Part shown: positions 38,325-47,610 of the stretch, one piece after another
Numbering within the stretch: the first letter of the stretch is position 1
How the letters are laid out: each line of letters starts with the position of its first letter
Source of the DNA: Candidatus Eiseniibacteriota bacterium
GTDB taxonomy: Bacteria > Eisenbacteria > RBG-16-71-46 > JABDJR01
Assembly (NCBI GenBank): GCA_963762255.1
Contig: CAVXKA010000001.1
Span: 1,216,001 to 1,280,000 of the forward strand
Reading direction: 5' to 3'
DNA length: 64,000 nt
Made by a program: the position numbers and the translations under genes
The notes under the pieces: generated by a model
Told to the model about the DNA's origin: nothing
Database searches by the model: none
Seen by the model: only the letters and a program-made list of their open reading frames with translations

Positions 38325-38936
38325 GGGATAACTCGGTGCGCTTCGAGAGGACGACAATTCTGGCCGGAGCTGCCGTCTTGAATCGAGAAACCAAAGATGA
38401 AGATATCGACGCGGAAATTAGTCTATTGCAGATAACGGCCGGCGCGGGAGTAATTCGATGTGACGCGCGGTACTCAACGCTCGCTGGGTTGTGTATAGTG
38501 CTTATTGACTTAAGCAAGGATGATCGTGCTGTACGCAAACGGGACGTGGGGACAGAGTGTGTCGCCTATATCGACAACTGGGCTGTCGCCTGCCACAACG
38601 ACGTGCACTCTAACGCTACGGGACTCGAACGTGACATGGCCACGGGTGACACTCATGTATGCGGCGCAACGGGGCAACTTAATAACCACGCAACTGCCGA
38701 TGGAACTTGCGGCCTCAGTGAACATGGCTTCGCACAAGGGCGACGCTGCGCTCTTACCGGCAGCGCAGAAGTGGAGATAGCCCGTCGTCTAACTGCTGCC
38801 GGACCAGGGCTGTGCTGGAGTAGCCAACATCCGAGCTTGGACGGATCGCGGCGATACGGGGCTGTGTATAGCCTGGAGCATGGGACCAAAGAAGATTGTT
38901 TCGCTGCTCGGTGGTCGACGTAGGTAGTGAGGTCGT

Positions 38937-40505
38937 ATGGAAGGCCACGTATTTATCAGCTACGCGCGCGCGGATGCCTGGGCGGTCTTGCCTCTCGCGG
39001 AGGAACTGCGGGCGCGGGGCATCACAGTCTGGGTCGACAGCCGGGACATCCCGGCGGCTGCACGGTGGTCATCCGAGATCGTCGATGCCATAGGCAACGC
39101 GAGCGCAGTTCTTCTGTGCCTATCCAAGAGGGCGGTGGCGTCTTCCCACGTTCGCCGGGAGCTGTCAGTGGCGGGAGAAACTTCGAAGGCGATTGTGCCC
39201 ATATATCTCGAGCCCACTGTCCTCCCACCAGATTTCCTTTATTATCTCACCGGAATCCAGGCCATCAACCTGGCGAACGAGCCTCCCGGCGCGGCGGTCG
39301 ACCGAATCATCAAGGTCCTGCATGAAGCCCAGGCGCCGATCCGGAAACGCTTGCCGGCACCGAGCCCGACGCCGGCGACCTGGCCTCTCGCCCGACCACG
39401 CCGAAGTTGGCTGCGGGTGACGGCTGCTTTCCTGGTGGGCCTGGCCATCGTGGTCGCGCTTCTCCTTCACGCGGCCGGCTACCTCGACATCCGATCGCCG
39501 TGGAGCGCGACCCAGGAACCAGAATTGCGATCAAACCAAGTCTTCAAGGACAGGTTCATCTGGTTGAAGCCTCCGCCGCTTCTCAAGGGCCCCTTCTACA
39601 ACTGCTCGAAGTACATAATCTCCTTCGAAATGGGCAACGAGCAGAGCGCGCCACTAGTCGTGCCGAAGATCGATTTCTACTTCGTGAATCCGGAGGTGCA
39701 GAACCGTATCCGCGGGTTCCCGGAGATGCTCCACGGGAGCTTTCTTCATGGCACGTATGAGAACCCAGGTAGGGGATACTGGCTGCCGAACGAGGCCCAA
39801 TCCGTGGAGATGGAGGCGGAATTCCTGCCCCGTTCCGTGCACGTTTACGTGTACCACTCCGGGACGGCGCAGCCATCCTATTTTGAAGTGCCCCTGAGTA
39901 GGGAAGAGGATGCAGAGTACTGGCCCGGACCGAGGACGGTAGAGAAGGGTAATCTCGAGAGCGGCATTGACGGAGGTGCGGCCTACCGGCAGGCGGCGAC
40001 CGTGGCAGAAGGGCTTCTCGACGCACCCCGGTTGTCCATGGCGGTTCCCATGAAGACCGCGACCACTAAGCAAGGTAACGGACTGGATATCGTCGCGATC
40101 TCTTCGTGGGCATTCCTGTTCGGGGAACCGACCGGGCAGAGGGGGGTCTGGGTGAACGTGGGTGATGGCGAGCCGCGGGGAAGCGTGATCACACCGGAAT
40201 CGGATCCGGAGTATCGAGAATTTCTGAATTATGGGTCCGTGAGGCCCATTCGCGTCGGCACCCGGGAGGCCGTTGCGACCGTCAGCCAGGCCGGTATGAT
40301 CTACGACAACTCTTGCGGGTCGTTCTGGCTCGATCCTCGCGGAGTAGTTGATGGCGAGGAGCATCCTGTGTGGAAACTCCCTTACGTAGGAGACGACTAC
40401 ATGACCCTGTTTGTCGATGCGTTCGACGGGAAGGTCCTTGACCTCGACATCGATTATCAGCAGACTGGGAAGGGCCCACCATGGAAATACAATATCAGAA
40501 GGTAG
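38937..40505 (+). CDS. TIR-domain single-pass membrane protein with a PepSY-like ectodomain
   Basis: VFISYARAD, VWVD, W..EI..AI and S..VRRE TIR motifs; TM segment WLRVTAAFLVGLAIVVALLL; C-terminal VWKLPY..FVDAFDGKVL. Confidence 0.88.
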   Translation: MEGHVFISYARADAWAVLPLAEELRARGITVWVDSRDIPAAARWSSEIVDAIGNASAVLLCLSKRAVASSHVRRELSVAGETSKAIVPIYLEPTVLPPDFLYYLTGIQAINLANEPPGAAVDRIIKVLHEAQAPIRKRLPAPSPTPATWPLARPRRSWLRVTAAFLVGLAIVVALLLHAAGYLDIRSPWSATQEPELRSNQVFKDRFIWLKPPPLLKGPFYNCSKYIISFEMGNEQSAPLVVPKIDFYFVNPEVQNRIRGFPEMLHGSFLHGTYENPGRGYWLPNEAQSVEMEAEFLPRSVHVYVYHSGTAQPSYFEVPLSREEDAEYWPGPRTVEKGNLESGIDGGAAYRQAATVAEGLLDAPRLSMAVPMKTATTKQGNGLDIVAISSWAFLFGEPTGQRGVWVNVGDGEPRGSVITPESDPEYREFLNYGSVRPIRVGTREAVATVSQAGMIYDNSCGSFWLDPRGVVDGEEHPVWKLPYVGDDYMTLFVDAFDGKVLDLDIDYQQTGKGPPWKYNIRR

Positions 40506-40664
40506 CGAGAATCTCCCACACTGTCCCCGTCTCAACCAATAGCAGAATGAGCCAATAGTTGATGATTTGATTCTGCTATGAGCTTATCTTTATCCGGACA
40601 CGAAACTCTGCCCCCTAATCTCCCGGGGGACTCACTCGTTAGCGCTGTTGCCCGCGTCTACTTG

Positions 40665-40690
40665 TCGTTCCCAGGCTCGGCTTGGGAATG
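40665..40690. repeat. REP-like palindrome, second family, copy 1
   Basis: TCGTTCCCAGGCTCGGCTTGGGAATG, related to 42439-42464. Confidence 0.6.
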
Positions 40691-40762
40691 TCCGGCATTC
40701 CGCGAGGATCCTGCGCGAAGTTTTTATTGGAAAATCACCCGACAGCGTCTATCATAAGCGAT

Positions 40763-41587
40763 ATGCATTATCAATTGATATCGGTCGTAGTCTGGCTGAC
40801 GGTCGCCGCGGCCGGAGCCTTTGATTTCAGCGGCTACACCGTCATTTCCCCGGAACTGAAAGGTGTTCGGCGCACCAACCGGGAGAGCTACCTGCTCAAC
40901 AAGCGGGACCCGCTGTTCTACGCCGTGTCGGGCTACCGCCTTTCTGACGGCCTGGCTTGCCTACCCGCGACGCTCGGTACACTCGAACCCGAGGTGGCGG
41001 TGCGCATGTACGGCACCAACGATGCCTGGTCCGGCGACACAATGTATTTTGCGGCGCTGTACGCGCAGTACCTGGACACGCTGCTGGACCGGGGCGTGGT
41101 TCCGGTAATCAGAACCATCCCGCCGTTCCGGTGGTACGGCGGTGACACCCTGGACTTTGATTCAGGCACCGTGATCTTCAACCGCCTTATCCGGCGGGTG
41201 GCAACACGTAATAGCGTGGTGCTGGTTGATGTCTGGCAGGCCTTTATGGATTACACCAACGGCCGGCCGTTCACCGACACTTGGTACGATGACCGTTACA
41301 TCCATCCGTCAGAATGCGGCGCAGCCGGGCTGACCGACACGACGGCACCGGCCTGCGGCCTGGGCATCCGCAACGCGGTGACCTGGCAGGCGGTCAACAA
41401 GGTCTATCGGATCATCATTGAGAACGGCATGCCGGACGCGGGGCGGTCTGACGGGATGGTGGCGGCAACCATACGGCGGCCACGCATCGGTGTTATCTGG
41501 ACCAGTCAAGTTCTATCCACGGGACTCTGCGTGGTGCGGGTGGAGGGGGCTGGCAGCACTTTTGTCAAGAAAGGGTTCTGCCCATGA
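40763..41587 (+). CDS. SGNH/GDSL hydrolase-like protein, probably degenerate
   Basis: Signal peptide, YGTND (block III) and DRYIHPS (block V); no GDS block I seen. Confidence 0.55.
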   Translation: MHYQLISVVVWLTVAAAGAFDFSGYTVISPELKGVRRTNRESYLLNKRDPLFYAVSGYRLSDGLACLPATLGTLEPEVAVRMYGTNDAWSGDTMYFAALYAQYLDTLLDRGVVPVIRTIPPFRWYGGDTLDFDSGTVIFNRLIRRVATRNSVVLVDVWQAFMDYTNGRPFTDTWYDDRYIHPSECGAAGLTDTTAPACGLGIRNAVTWQAVNKVYRIIIENGMPDAGRSDGMVAATIRRPRIGVIWTSQVLSTGLCVVRVEGAGSTFVKKGFCP

Positions 41588-42255
41588 CCGGCACTGCGGT
41601 TGACCCGAAGATCGCCTACCACCTGCGGGAACTGGCCATTGCGCTTGACCCCTTTTCACCGCACCACATCCTGCCTCCCATTACCGGCAGCGAGCAGCAG
41701 GTGCTCGACGTGGGGTGCGGTATCGGGCAGACATTCGCAGCCATGCCGGCCCTGCATGGGCGGCAGCTGGTCGGGCTGGATATAGTCCGGCCGTGTCTGG
41801 CGTACGGGAAAAAGCAGCACGAATATGTTGCGTTCCTGCAGGGGGGGGCGGTGAGCCTGCCGTTCCGGGAGAGCAGCTTCGACCTGGTCATTGCGCGGGT
41901 GAGTCTGCCGTATACCAATACGCCGCGGGCCCTGGCCGAGATCGGGCGGGTGCTCCGGCCTGACGGTAAACTCTGGTGCACACTGCACCCTGGGTCGAAA
42001 GTGCTGAAAGACTGGCTGCGCTCGCTCGTCACGCTCAAAATAAGAGACATAGTTTTTCGCGCATATGTGCTGCTGAACGGTGCGGTATTCGCCCTGACCG
42101 GGCGGCAGTTCCCGTTCCCGGTAAATGGGCGATACGAGTCGTTCCAGACGGTGCGCGGCATGCGCGCGGCCCTGGGCCGGGCGGGGTTCAAGGAGATACA
42201 CATTGAACGCGGCGCGCATTTTGTCTGCACGGCGCGGAAGATGAGCGGCGGGTAA
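41584..42255 (+). CDS. Class I SAM-dependent methyltransferase
   Basis: VLDVGCGIG, LPF..SFDLV and RVLRPDG. Confidence 0.88.
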   Translation: MTGTAVDPKIAYHLRELAIALDPFSPHHILPPITGSEQQVLDVGCGIGQTFAAMPALHGRQLVGLDIVRPCLAYGKKQHEYVAFLQGGAVSLPFRESSFDLVIARVSLPYTNTPRALAEIGRVLRPDGKLWCTLHPGSKVLKDWLRSLVTLKIRDIVFRAYVLLNGAVFALTGRQFPFPVNGRYESFQTVRGMRAALGRAGFKEIHIERGAHFVCTARKMSGG

Positions 42256-42438
42256 GGCCAAGGAATTGATAACGTCTAGGAATTAATGATTTTCAGTAGT
42301 GAAGGATAGAGACAACTTGTTTTTTTTACTGAGCAAGGCCGAAGTGGCGGAGCCGACTCCCTGTCGGCGTCCGACCGAGTTAGGCGCCGAAACAAGGCCC
42401 TCTTTTTGTCCGCCGCATCCTGCGGCGGCCCCGTTATC

Positions 42439-42464
42439 TCGTTGCCAAGTTCCGCTTGACAACG
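42439..42464. repeat. REP-like palindrome, second family, copy 2
   Basis: TCGTTGCCAAGTTCCGCTTGACAACG. Confidence 0.6.
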
Positions 42465-42658
42465 CACGGTTGGTGCGGGCTCGCTCGCTCCTTCGCCCTC
42501 TGGCTGCGTAGTGCGTCACTTTGGCGCCTGTCCCGGGCGAAAGCGAGGGAGGCCCCGCAAGAAAAGTGGCTACCATCGTTGCCGTGGCCGATGCCACCGA
42601 GGCCGGGCTTACGAATATCAGCGTCGGGATACTGGTAATCAAATACCTGGCAACAAGT

Positions 42659-42690
42659 GCGGCACCTTTTGCTCGTCCAAAAGGTGCCGC
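42659..42690. repeat. Perfect 13-bp inverted repeat
   Basis: GCGGCACCTTTTG-ctcgtc-CAAAAGGTGCCGC. Confidence 0.7.
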
Positions 42691-42989
42691 CAAAAGGACT
42701 CCCCCCGCGCATCCACCTCGGGAACTGGCCCGCCGGGGGCCTATTGTTCGTGAACGGGCTTCATCGCGGGTGTAGCTGTGAACACGAAGAACGGCCGGCC
42801 CCCTGTGGGCCAGTTCTTTTTCTTCGTGGATGCGAAGGGGGTGGGATAAGAAAGACAGTTCCTCAGGATACAGTCAACCAGGTATAGCCTTAGAGGCATT
42901 AACTGTTCACGATACGAAGGAATGTGACGTCGCGTATCGTTGCCGCGGCCGCGTTCACCCGATGTCCGCGAAAGCCTGGGTGATCGTCT

Positions 42990-43280
42990 GCGCGTGCGGC
43001 GGTTCGGGAGTGTCACCGGCCCGTTCCGCCCGCCGCTCCTGGACGAACTGGAGCGCAGTGGTTACCGATTCACCGACCGCAAGGACGGCTTGGACGTCGT
43101 GCTGACCGGCGATCCGCTTCTTGGCGCGGAGCGATACGGCGACACCCTTTGCTGCTTCTTGAACCACGGCACAGGGATCAAGAGCATCCTCTATCGCCAT
43201 CTCGCGAAGAACATGGATACCCGCTACGAGATCTTCGTGGAGGGGCAGTACCGAGTGGACCGCATCCGCGAGTCGGGTGC
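42990..43280 (+). pseudogene. Internal fragment (copy B) of the TagB/TagF-like gene
   Basis: Translates RVRRFG...PFRPPLLD...RIRESGA, matching the N-terminal part of 44970-46118; no start codon or 3' part. Confidence 0.88.
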
Positions 43281-43312
43281 CATGGAGGCGCACCCGTCCG
43301 CGCTGTCAGACC

Positions 43313-44656
43313 TCAGAGGCGCACGGAGTCACTGGACAGCTCCTCCATCGCGCCGTCATTCACGCGGTACACCTTCACATCCGTCCGCGAGTCGTCGCCG
43401 GCCTCCTGCGGGGTGATCACCACGAAGTTCCTGGTGGTGGCGTTCGGGTTGTGGTCAATCCAGGTGCCCGAGTTGGCGTAGATGGTCTTCAGCCCGGAGT
43501 GGTTCTCGCCGGCGATGATCCTAGCCGCGTGGGTATGGCCGAAAACCACGAGCCGAACTGCGGACTCCGGGTTTGCGAAGTACTGGAGGTCCGCCTGAAC
43601 ATCCGTGCCGGCGGCGGATGCGGCGTCGAGCAAGGCCTGCATCGTGGGAATGTGGACGGCGACGTGATTGATGGACTGCCGCTCGTCCCAGTTGTCCAGG
43701 GAGCCCCTGAACAGGTTCATGTCGATGAGTCCGCCGGGGGTCTCCTGGAAGGGTAAGAGGTCGTTGATGGCGTAGGTCTCGGTGAACCCGTCGATGTCGG
43801 TCAGGATGATCTCGTCATCGAAGGAGTTCTCGACGGGGAGAGTCGCTAGCAGGCTCTTCCAGATGTTCCAGTAGACATAGGCCAGCTCCTGGCTCGGTCC
43901 TCCTTCGACATTCGGAGTCACCTCGGCAATGGTATCGCCTGGCGTCCCACAGTGCTGCACCACGTGGAGGGTCGCGATGCGCGTGAAGAAATATCCCGGA
44001 GGCATGATGGAGCCAGGGGCGACATCGGCGTGGGAGAGTGGATCCGGGGCACAGAAGTAGTTGTAGCGGTGGCCATGTTCGATGGCGATCTCCGGGTGGT
44101 CCAGGGGGCTGTAGGTTCCAAGCCCCAGCACGTCGTCCCTGGCCTGGTGGATGCCGGGCAGAATGCTGTCGACGTTCTCGGCCGTGATGGTCAGATCATG
44201 GTTGCCGGGCACGTACGTGACCTGGATCTCCCCATCGGCGATGATCCGATTGACGGCGTCGATCACCTCGGGGTTGGCGACTGCGATCCGTCTGACGAAA
44301 TCGGCTTGATCCTGCCCTGCGTAGGTGTTGGTGGTGGCCGGGACGAACCACTCGTCCAGCATGTCGCCGGCGATCACCAGCTCGCGGACGCTGGCGGACT
44401 CCCCGATTTCGTCGAGGAAGTCCACAAGCGCGCCCTGGTTCTCCTTGCACTCGGCGTACGCGAGATCGGCGCCCAGATGGATGTCGCTGATGACGACGAT
44501 CTGCGTCCTGTCGCCGCCGTGGTTCAACGGCCCGAACGGGCTCTCTCCGTCGCCGCATGAGCTCAGCACGACCAGGCCCGCCAGCAGCGGCATGCAAGAC
44601 AGCAGCGAGGCCCACGGCCATCGGGCGCGGGCGTTCCAGCTACGTGTCGGTTTCAC
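43313..44656 (-). CDS. Metallophosphoesterase lipoprotein
   Basis: Lipobox LSSC; SDIH, GD, GNHD, HGH and FGHTH. Confidence 0.88.
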   Translation of the reverse strand: MKPTRSWNARARWPWASLLSCMPLLAGLVVLSSCGDGESPFGPLNHGGDRTQIVVISDIHLGADLAYAECKENQGALVDFLDEIGESASVRELVIAGDMLDEWFVPATTNTYAGQDQADFVRRIAVANPEVIDAVNRIIADGEIQVTYVPGNHDLTITAENVDSILPGIHQARDDVLGLGTYSPLDHPEIAIEHGHRYNYFCAPDPLSHADVAPGSIMPPGYFFTRIATLHVVQHCGTPGDTIAEVTPNVEGGPSQELAYVYWNIWKSLLATLPVENSFDDEIILTDIDGFTETYAINDLLPFQETPGGLIDMNLFRGSLDNWDERQSINHVAVHIPTMQALLDAASAAGTDVQADLQYFANPESAVRLVVFGHTHAARIIAGENHSGLKTIYANSGTWIDHNPNATTRNFVVITPQEAGDDSRTDVKVYRVNDGAMEELSSDSVRL

Positions 44657-44873
44657 TTAAATCTCACCTTTCATCTATCGCGACTCGCGAAGCATCTCGG
44701 CAGGGTTGGCGGCGTTGGAGTGGCAGATCCCCGGCCCGAAGCGAGCAACAACTAACTATCCTGCGCGACGCCGTCGACTACCACGCCACATCACTGGAGG
44801 TATCGACGGGAGCCTCGACGTGCTTTAGCCTCGCCGAAGACCCCTGCGTGAATCGAAGATGTGGGTTCCCGCC

Positions 44874-44930
44874 CGTCTCCTCGAACCCATCGGGGACATT
44901 CCCCCGGTCGAGTACGAAGAGGCATACTAG
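44874..44930 (+). mobile_element. IS3-family transposase C-terminal remnant
   Basis: Translates RLLEPIGDIPPVEYEEAY*, typical of the end of IS3-family OrfB. Confidence 0.7.
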
Positions 44931-44969
44931 CGGGGTCAGCGGGCGTCAGGATCCTCCCTCGGAGTCCAA

Positions 44970-46118
44970 GTGACCAGGACCAAGCTCCTCATCAAGATCG
45001 GCTTTCTCTACCACAAGGCGGCGTTCGATCCGCTCATCGAACTCTTTCTGGCCGATGACCGCTACGATGTCTACTTCGCGCTCGATGAGGAGCGCGTGCG
45101 CCGCTTCGGTCTCTTCACTCGCCCGTTCCGCCCGCCGCTTCTGGACGATCTGGAGCGCAGCGGCTATCGCTTCACCGACCGCAAGGACGGTTTCGACGTC
45201 GTGCTCACCGGCGATCCGCTCATCGGTCCGGAGCGCTACGGGGACACCCTGCGCTGCTTTCTCAACCACGGCACCGGGATCAAGAGCATCCTCTATCGCC
45301 ATCTCGCTAAGAACATGGACACCCGCTACGAGATCTTCGTGGAGGGGCAGTACCGAGTGGACCACATCCGCGAGTCGGGCGCGCTGGGGAAGAGCGAGAT
45401 CCATCTCGTGGGGCTCCCCAAGCTCGACTACCTCTTTCAGGGGCGCATTCCGGATCGCGCCACGCTCTTGAATCGCTGGGGCCTCGATCCGGCCAGGCGC
45501 ACCGTGCTCTTCGCGCCCACGTACAAGCCCACGTGCATGTATGACGTGAAGGATGCGCTCTTCGAGGCCACCCGCGATCGCAACCTCATCATCAAGCTCC
45601 ACCACTACAGTTGGATGGGCCGCTACGCGCCGCACCGACAGCATCGCATCTTCGAGACGCGCGTGAAGCGCTTCCCGCACGCCGTGCTCCTGCCGATGGA
45701 GGAGTACAACATCGTCCCCTACATGGCGGCGGCGGACACGCTCCTGAGCGAGGCGTCGAGCACGGTGTTCGACTTCCTCGCGCTCGGCAAGACCGGGATC
45801 GTCTACGACCTTCCCGGCGATCGCCTCACCCACAGCGACGGCCGCCCGATCCTCGAGGAGGACAACCGCGAGTTCTTGAAGGACGCGTTCGTGCACGTCG
45901 CCGCGCCGGGCGATCTGGCGGCCGGCATTGCGAGAGCCCTCGATCCCACTCCCGAGATGCGCGCCGCCGCCGATCGCGAGCGCGCCTACCGCTTCTTCGG
46001 CCTGGACGGGCACGCGAGCGAGCGGGTGAAGGCAAAGATCGAGGAGCTGCTCAGCGCGCGATCCCGAACCGCCGCCGCAGCCGCGCCGGAATCTCCACCG
46101 CCTCCCGAGCGCGCGTGA
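44970..46118 (+). CDS. CDP-glycerol glycerophosphotransferase (TagB/TagF family), intact copy C
   Basis: NHGTGIK, GLPKLD, LFAPTY, KLH and ADTLLSEASS..FDF motifs. Confidence 0.88.
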   Translation: MTRTKLLIKIGFLYHKAAFDPLIELFLADDRYDVYFALDEERVRRFGLFTRPFRPPLLDDLERSGYRFTDRKDGFDVVLTGDPLIGPERYGDTLRCFLNHGTGIKSILYRHLAKNMDTRYEIFVEGQYRVDHIRESGALGKSEIHLVGLPKLDYLFQGRIPDRATLLNRWGLDPARRTVLFAPTYKPTCMYDVKDALFEATRDRNLIIKLHHYSWMGRYAPHRQHRIFETRVKRFPHAVLLPMEEYNIVPYMAAADTLLSEASSTVFDFLALGKTGIVYDLPGDRLTHSDGRPILEEDNREFLKDAFVHVAAPGDLAAGIARALDPTPEMRAAADRERAYRFFGLDGHASERVKAKIEELLSARSRTAAAAAPESPPPPERA

Positions 46119-47487
46119 TCGCCACGTAGACCAGCCGCACGTCCTCGCGGACCACCGTCTCCAGGCCGTGACCGCCGCGACGAAACGGCGAGAAATCGTC
46201 GGCGATCGCCACCCGTGCCCACTCGCGCCCCTTGGCCTTGTGAACGGTGGTGAGTACGAGGTCGGCGCCGCTCTCGCCGTCGGCCAGCGCACGCAGACAA
46301 CGCCGGAGCGCCTCGACGCCGTGCTTCTCCACGAGCTTCACGGTGCCGCGTAGTTCAGCGCCTTCCTCGGAATCTGCGGCTCGCACCACCTCGCTCCAGC
46401 GGCGGTAACCGAAGAACGCGGGGCGGCTCGATCGGCGCCCCTCTTGCAGCCGGTCGACGTCGTCGAGAAGGCGCAGGAGATCCTCTCCGCCGCCGCCGAT
46501 GGCCACGCGCCGACCGCCGGCGAGAGCCTCCATGGTTCGCGTGAGCACGGTGGCGTTCGTGCGGCAGAGGACGGCGTCCGGAGTCTCGCAGTGGAGCACG
46601 CTCGCGTACGCTTCGTTGCCGCGGATCCGCTTCCGTTCTCCCAGGACGCGCAGCACGCGGGAGGCCGCGTCGGCGATGGCCGGGCCGAATCGAAACGACT
46701 GCGTAAGGTCGGCATGGTGCTTCGTCTTCATCCGGTCCATCGCGTTCACCGCCCCGCGCCATTCGTAGATCTGCTGGTAGCGATCGCCGACCAATACGAC
46801 CTGTGCAGGTTGCCGCGCAAGCAACCCCACCACGACGCCGTTCGAATCCTGCGCTTCGTCGAGCAGGATGAACTCGGCGGGGATCATCGGATTCGACAGC
46901 GCCCAGAGCTTGAGGTATCCGTCGTGGCCGAGGGGCACGGGCTCGCGCGGGTCGGTCATCCGTTCCCAGAGACGCTCGGCCAACGCGGCCACCCTCGATG
47001 CGTACCCGCGAAAGCGCCACCAGGGGATAGCGGCGGTGCTCCCCCAATGCGGGACATGCTCCCGCGCCGGCCGCACCGAGTCGCTCTGACAGAATTTCTG
47101 GACGGTGCCCTTCACCACCGCGGCGACCATGCGCGGCGTGAGGTAGCAATCGCGTGACGGGCGCATCGGTTCGAGCGCGAGCAGCTCCATGATCCGATTG
47201 GGATTGAGCTCGCCGAAGAGCTTCTCCTGGCCGCCGGGGAAGCGCGCGCGCACGCAGCGCAGCGCGTAGCCGTGCAGCGTGTGGGGGACGACATGCGCGG
47301 GAAACTTGCGTCCGGCCTCCACGGCGATCGAGCGGTTGAACGCGAAGTAGGCGCCTCGGCGCGTGGTCGCCGCCGCGATGAGAAGGAGCGTGGATGTCTT
47401 GCCCGCTCCCGCGAACGCGTTGATGCGCAGGCTCTCCCCGGTGAGGAAGAGTTCGACAGCGCGTTCCTGTTCCGGTGTCGGATGCAT
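46051..47487 (-). CDS. UvrD-like SF1 helicase, short form
   Basis: AFAGAGKT, DEAQD, VGD.YQQIY.WRGA, SFRFG, HKAKGREW and YVAITRA; overlaps the convergent gene by 68 bp. Confidence 0.9.
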   Translation of the reverse strand: MHPTPEQERAVELFLTGESLRINAFAGAGKTSTLLLIAAATTRRGAYFAFNRSIAVEAGRKFPAHVVPHTLHGYALRCVRARFPGGQEKLFGELNPNRIMELLALEPMRPSRDCYLTPRMVAAVVKGTVQKFCQSDSVRPAREHVPHWGSTAAIPWWRFRGYASRVAALAERLWERMTDPREPVPLGHDGYLKLWALSNPMIPAEFILLDEAQDSNGVVVGLLARQPAQVVLVGDRYQQIYEWRGAVNAMDRMKTKHHADLTQSFRFGPAIADAASRVLRVLGERKRIRGNEAYASVLHCETPDAVLCRTNATVLTRTMEALAGGRRVAIGGGGEDLLRLLDDVDRLQEGRRSSRPAFFGYRRWSEVVRAADSEEGAELRGTVKLVEKHGVEALRRCLRALADGESGADLVLTTVHKAKGREWARVAIADDFSPFRRGGHGLETVVREDVRLVYVAITRAREAVEIPARLRRRFGIAR

Positions 47488-47610
47488 GGAACCCGTCCCG
47501 ATGATACGGACGGGAGGTTTGGTTCAAGATAAAGAGTTTAGGACGACCGGAGGGGGGCCGTGAAGACCGCCCCTCGCGGACGCATCGAGGGTCTTCGGGG
47601 CAGGGCTCCG

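Larger units (their letters stand above)
37003..44969. mobile_element. Horizontally acquired island, no integrase seen
   Basis: Visibly lower GC than the backbone, bounded by duplicated gene fragments, and containing REP-like hairpins and an IS3 remnant. Confidence 0.7.

Noticed and set aside
38336-38923. 195-aa ORF (and nested 38520-38780) between the secreted TPR and TIR genes
   Set aside because: No recognisable motif or convincing start. It could be a third component or a decayed gene, but the sequence alone does not support a call.
42338-42777. tRNA-like 5' snippets GCCGAAGTGGCGGA (42338-42351) and GCGGGTGTAGCT (42766-42777) as att remnants
   Set aside because: Only 12-14 nt with no further cloverleaf; att duplications usually involve tRNA 3' ends; could be chance.
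36724-45424. TagF-like repeats as a diversity-generating retroelement TR/VR pair
   Set aside because: Differences are mostly synonymous and not adenine-specific, lie at the 5' end of the gene, and there is no reverse transcriptase in the window.
47517-47541. GTTTGG and GTTTAG half-sites upstream of the UvrD-like helicase as a third operator
   Set aside because: They are in direct orientation without matching partner halves at N4 spacing.
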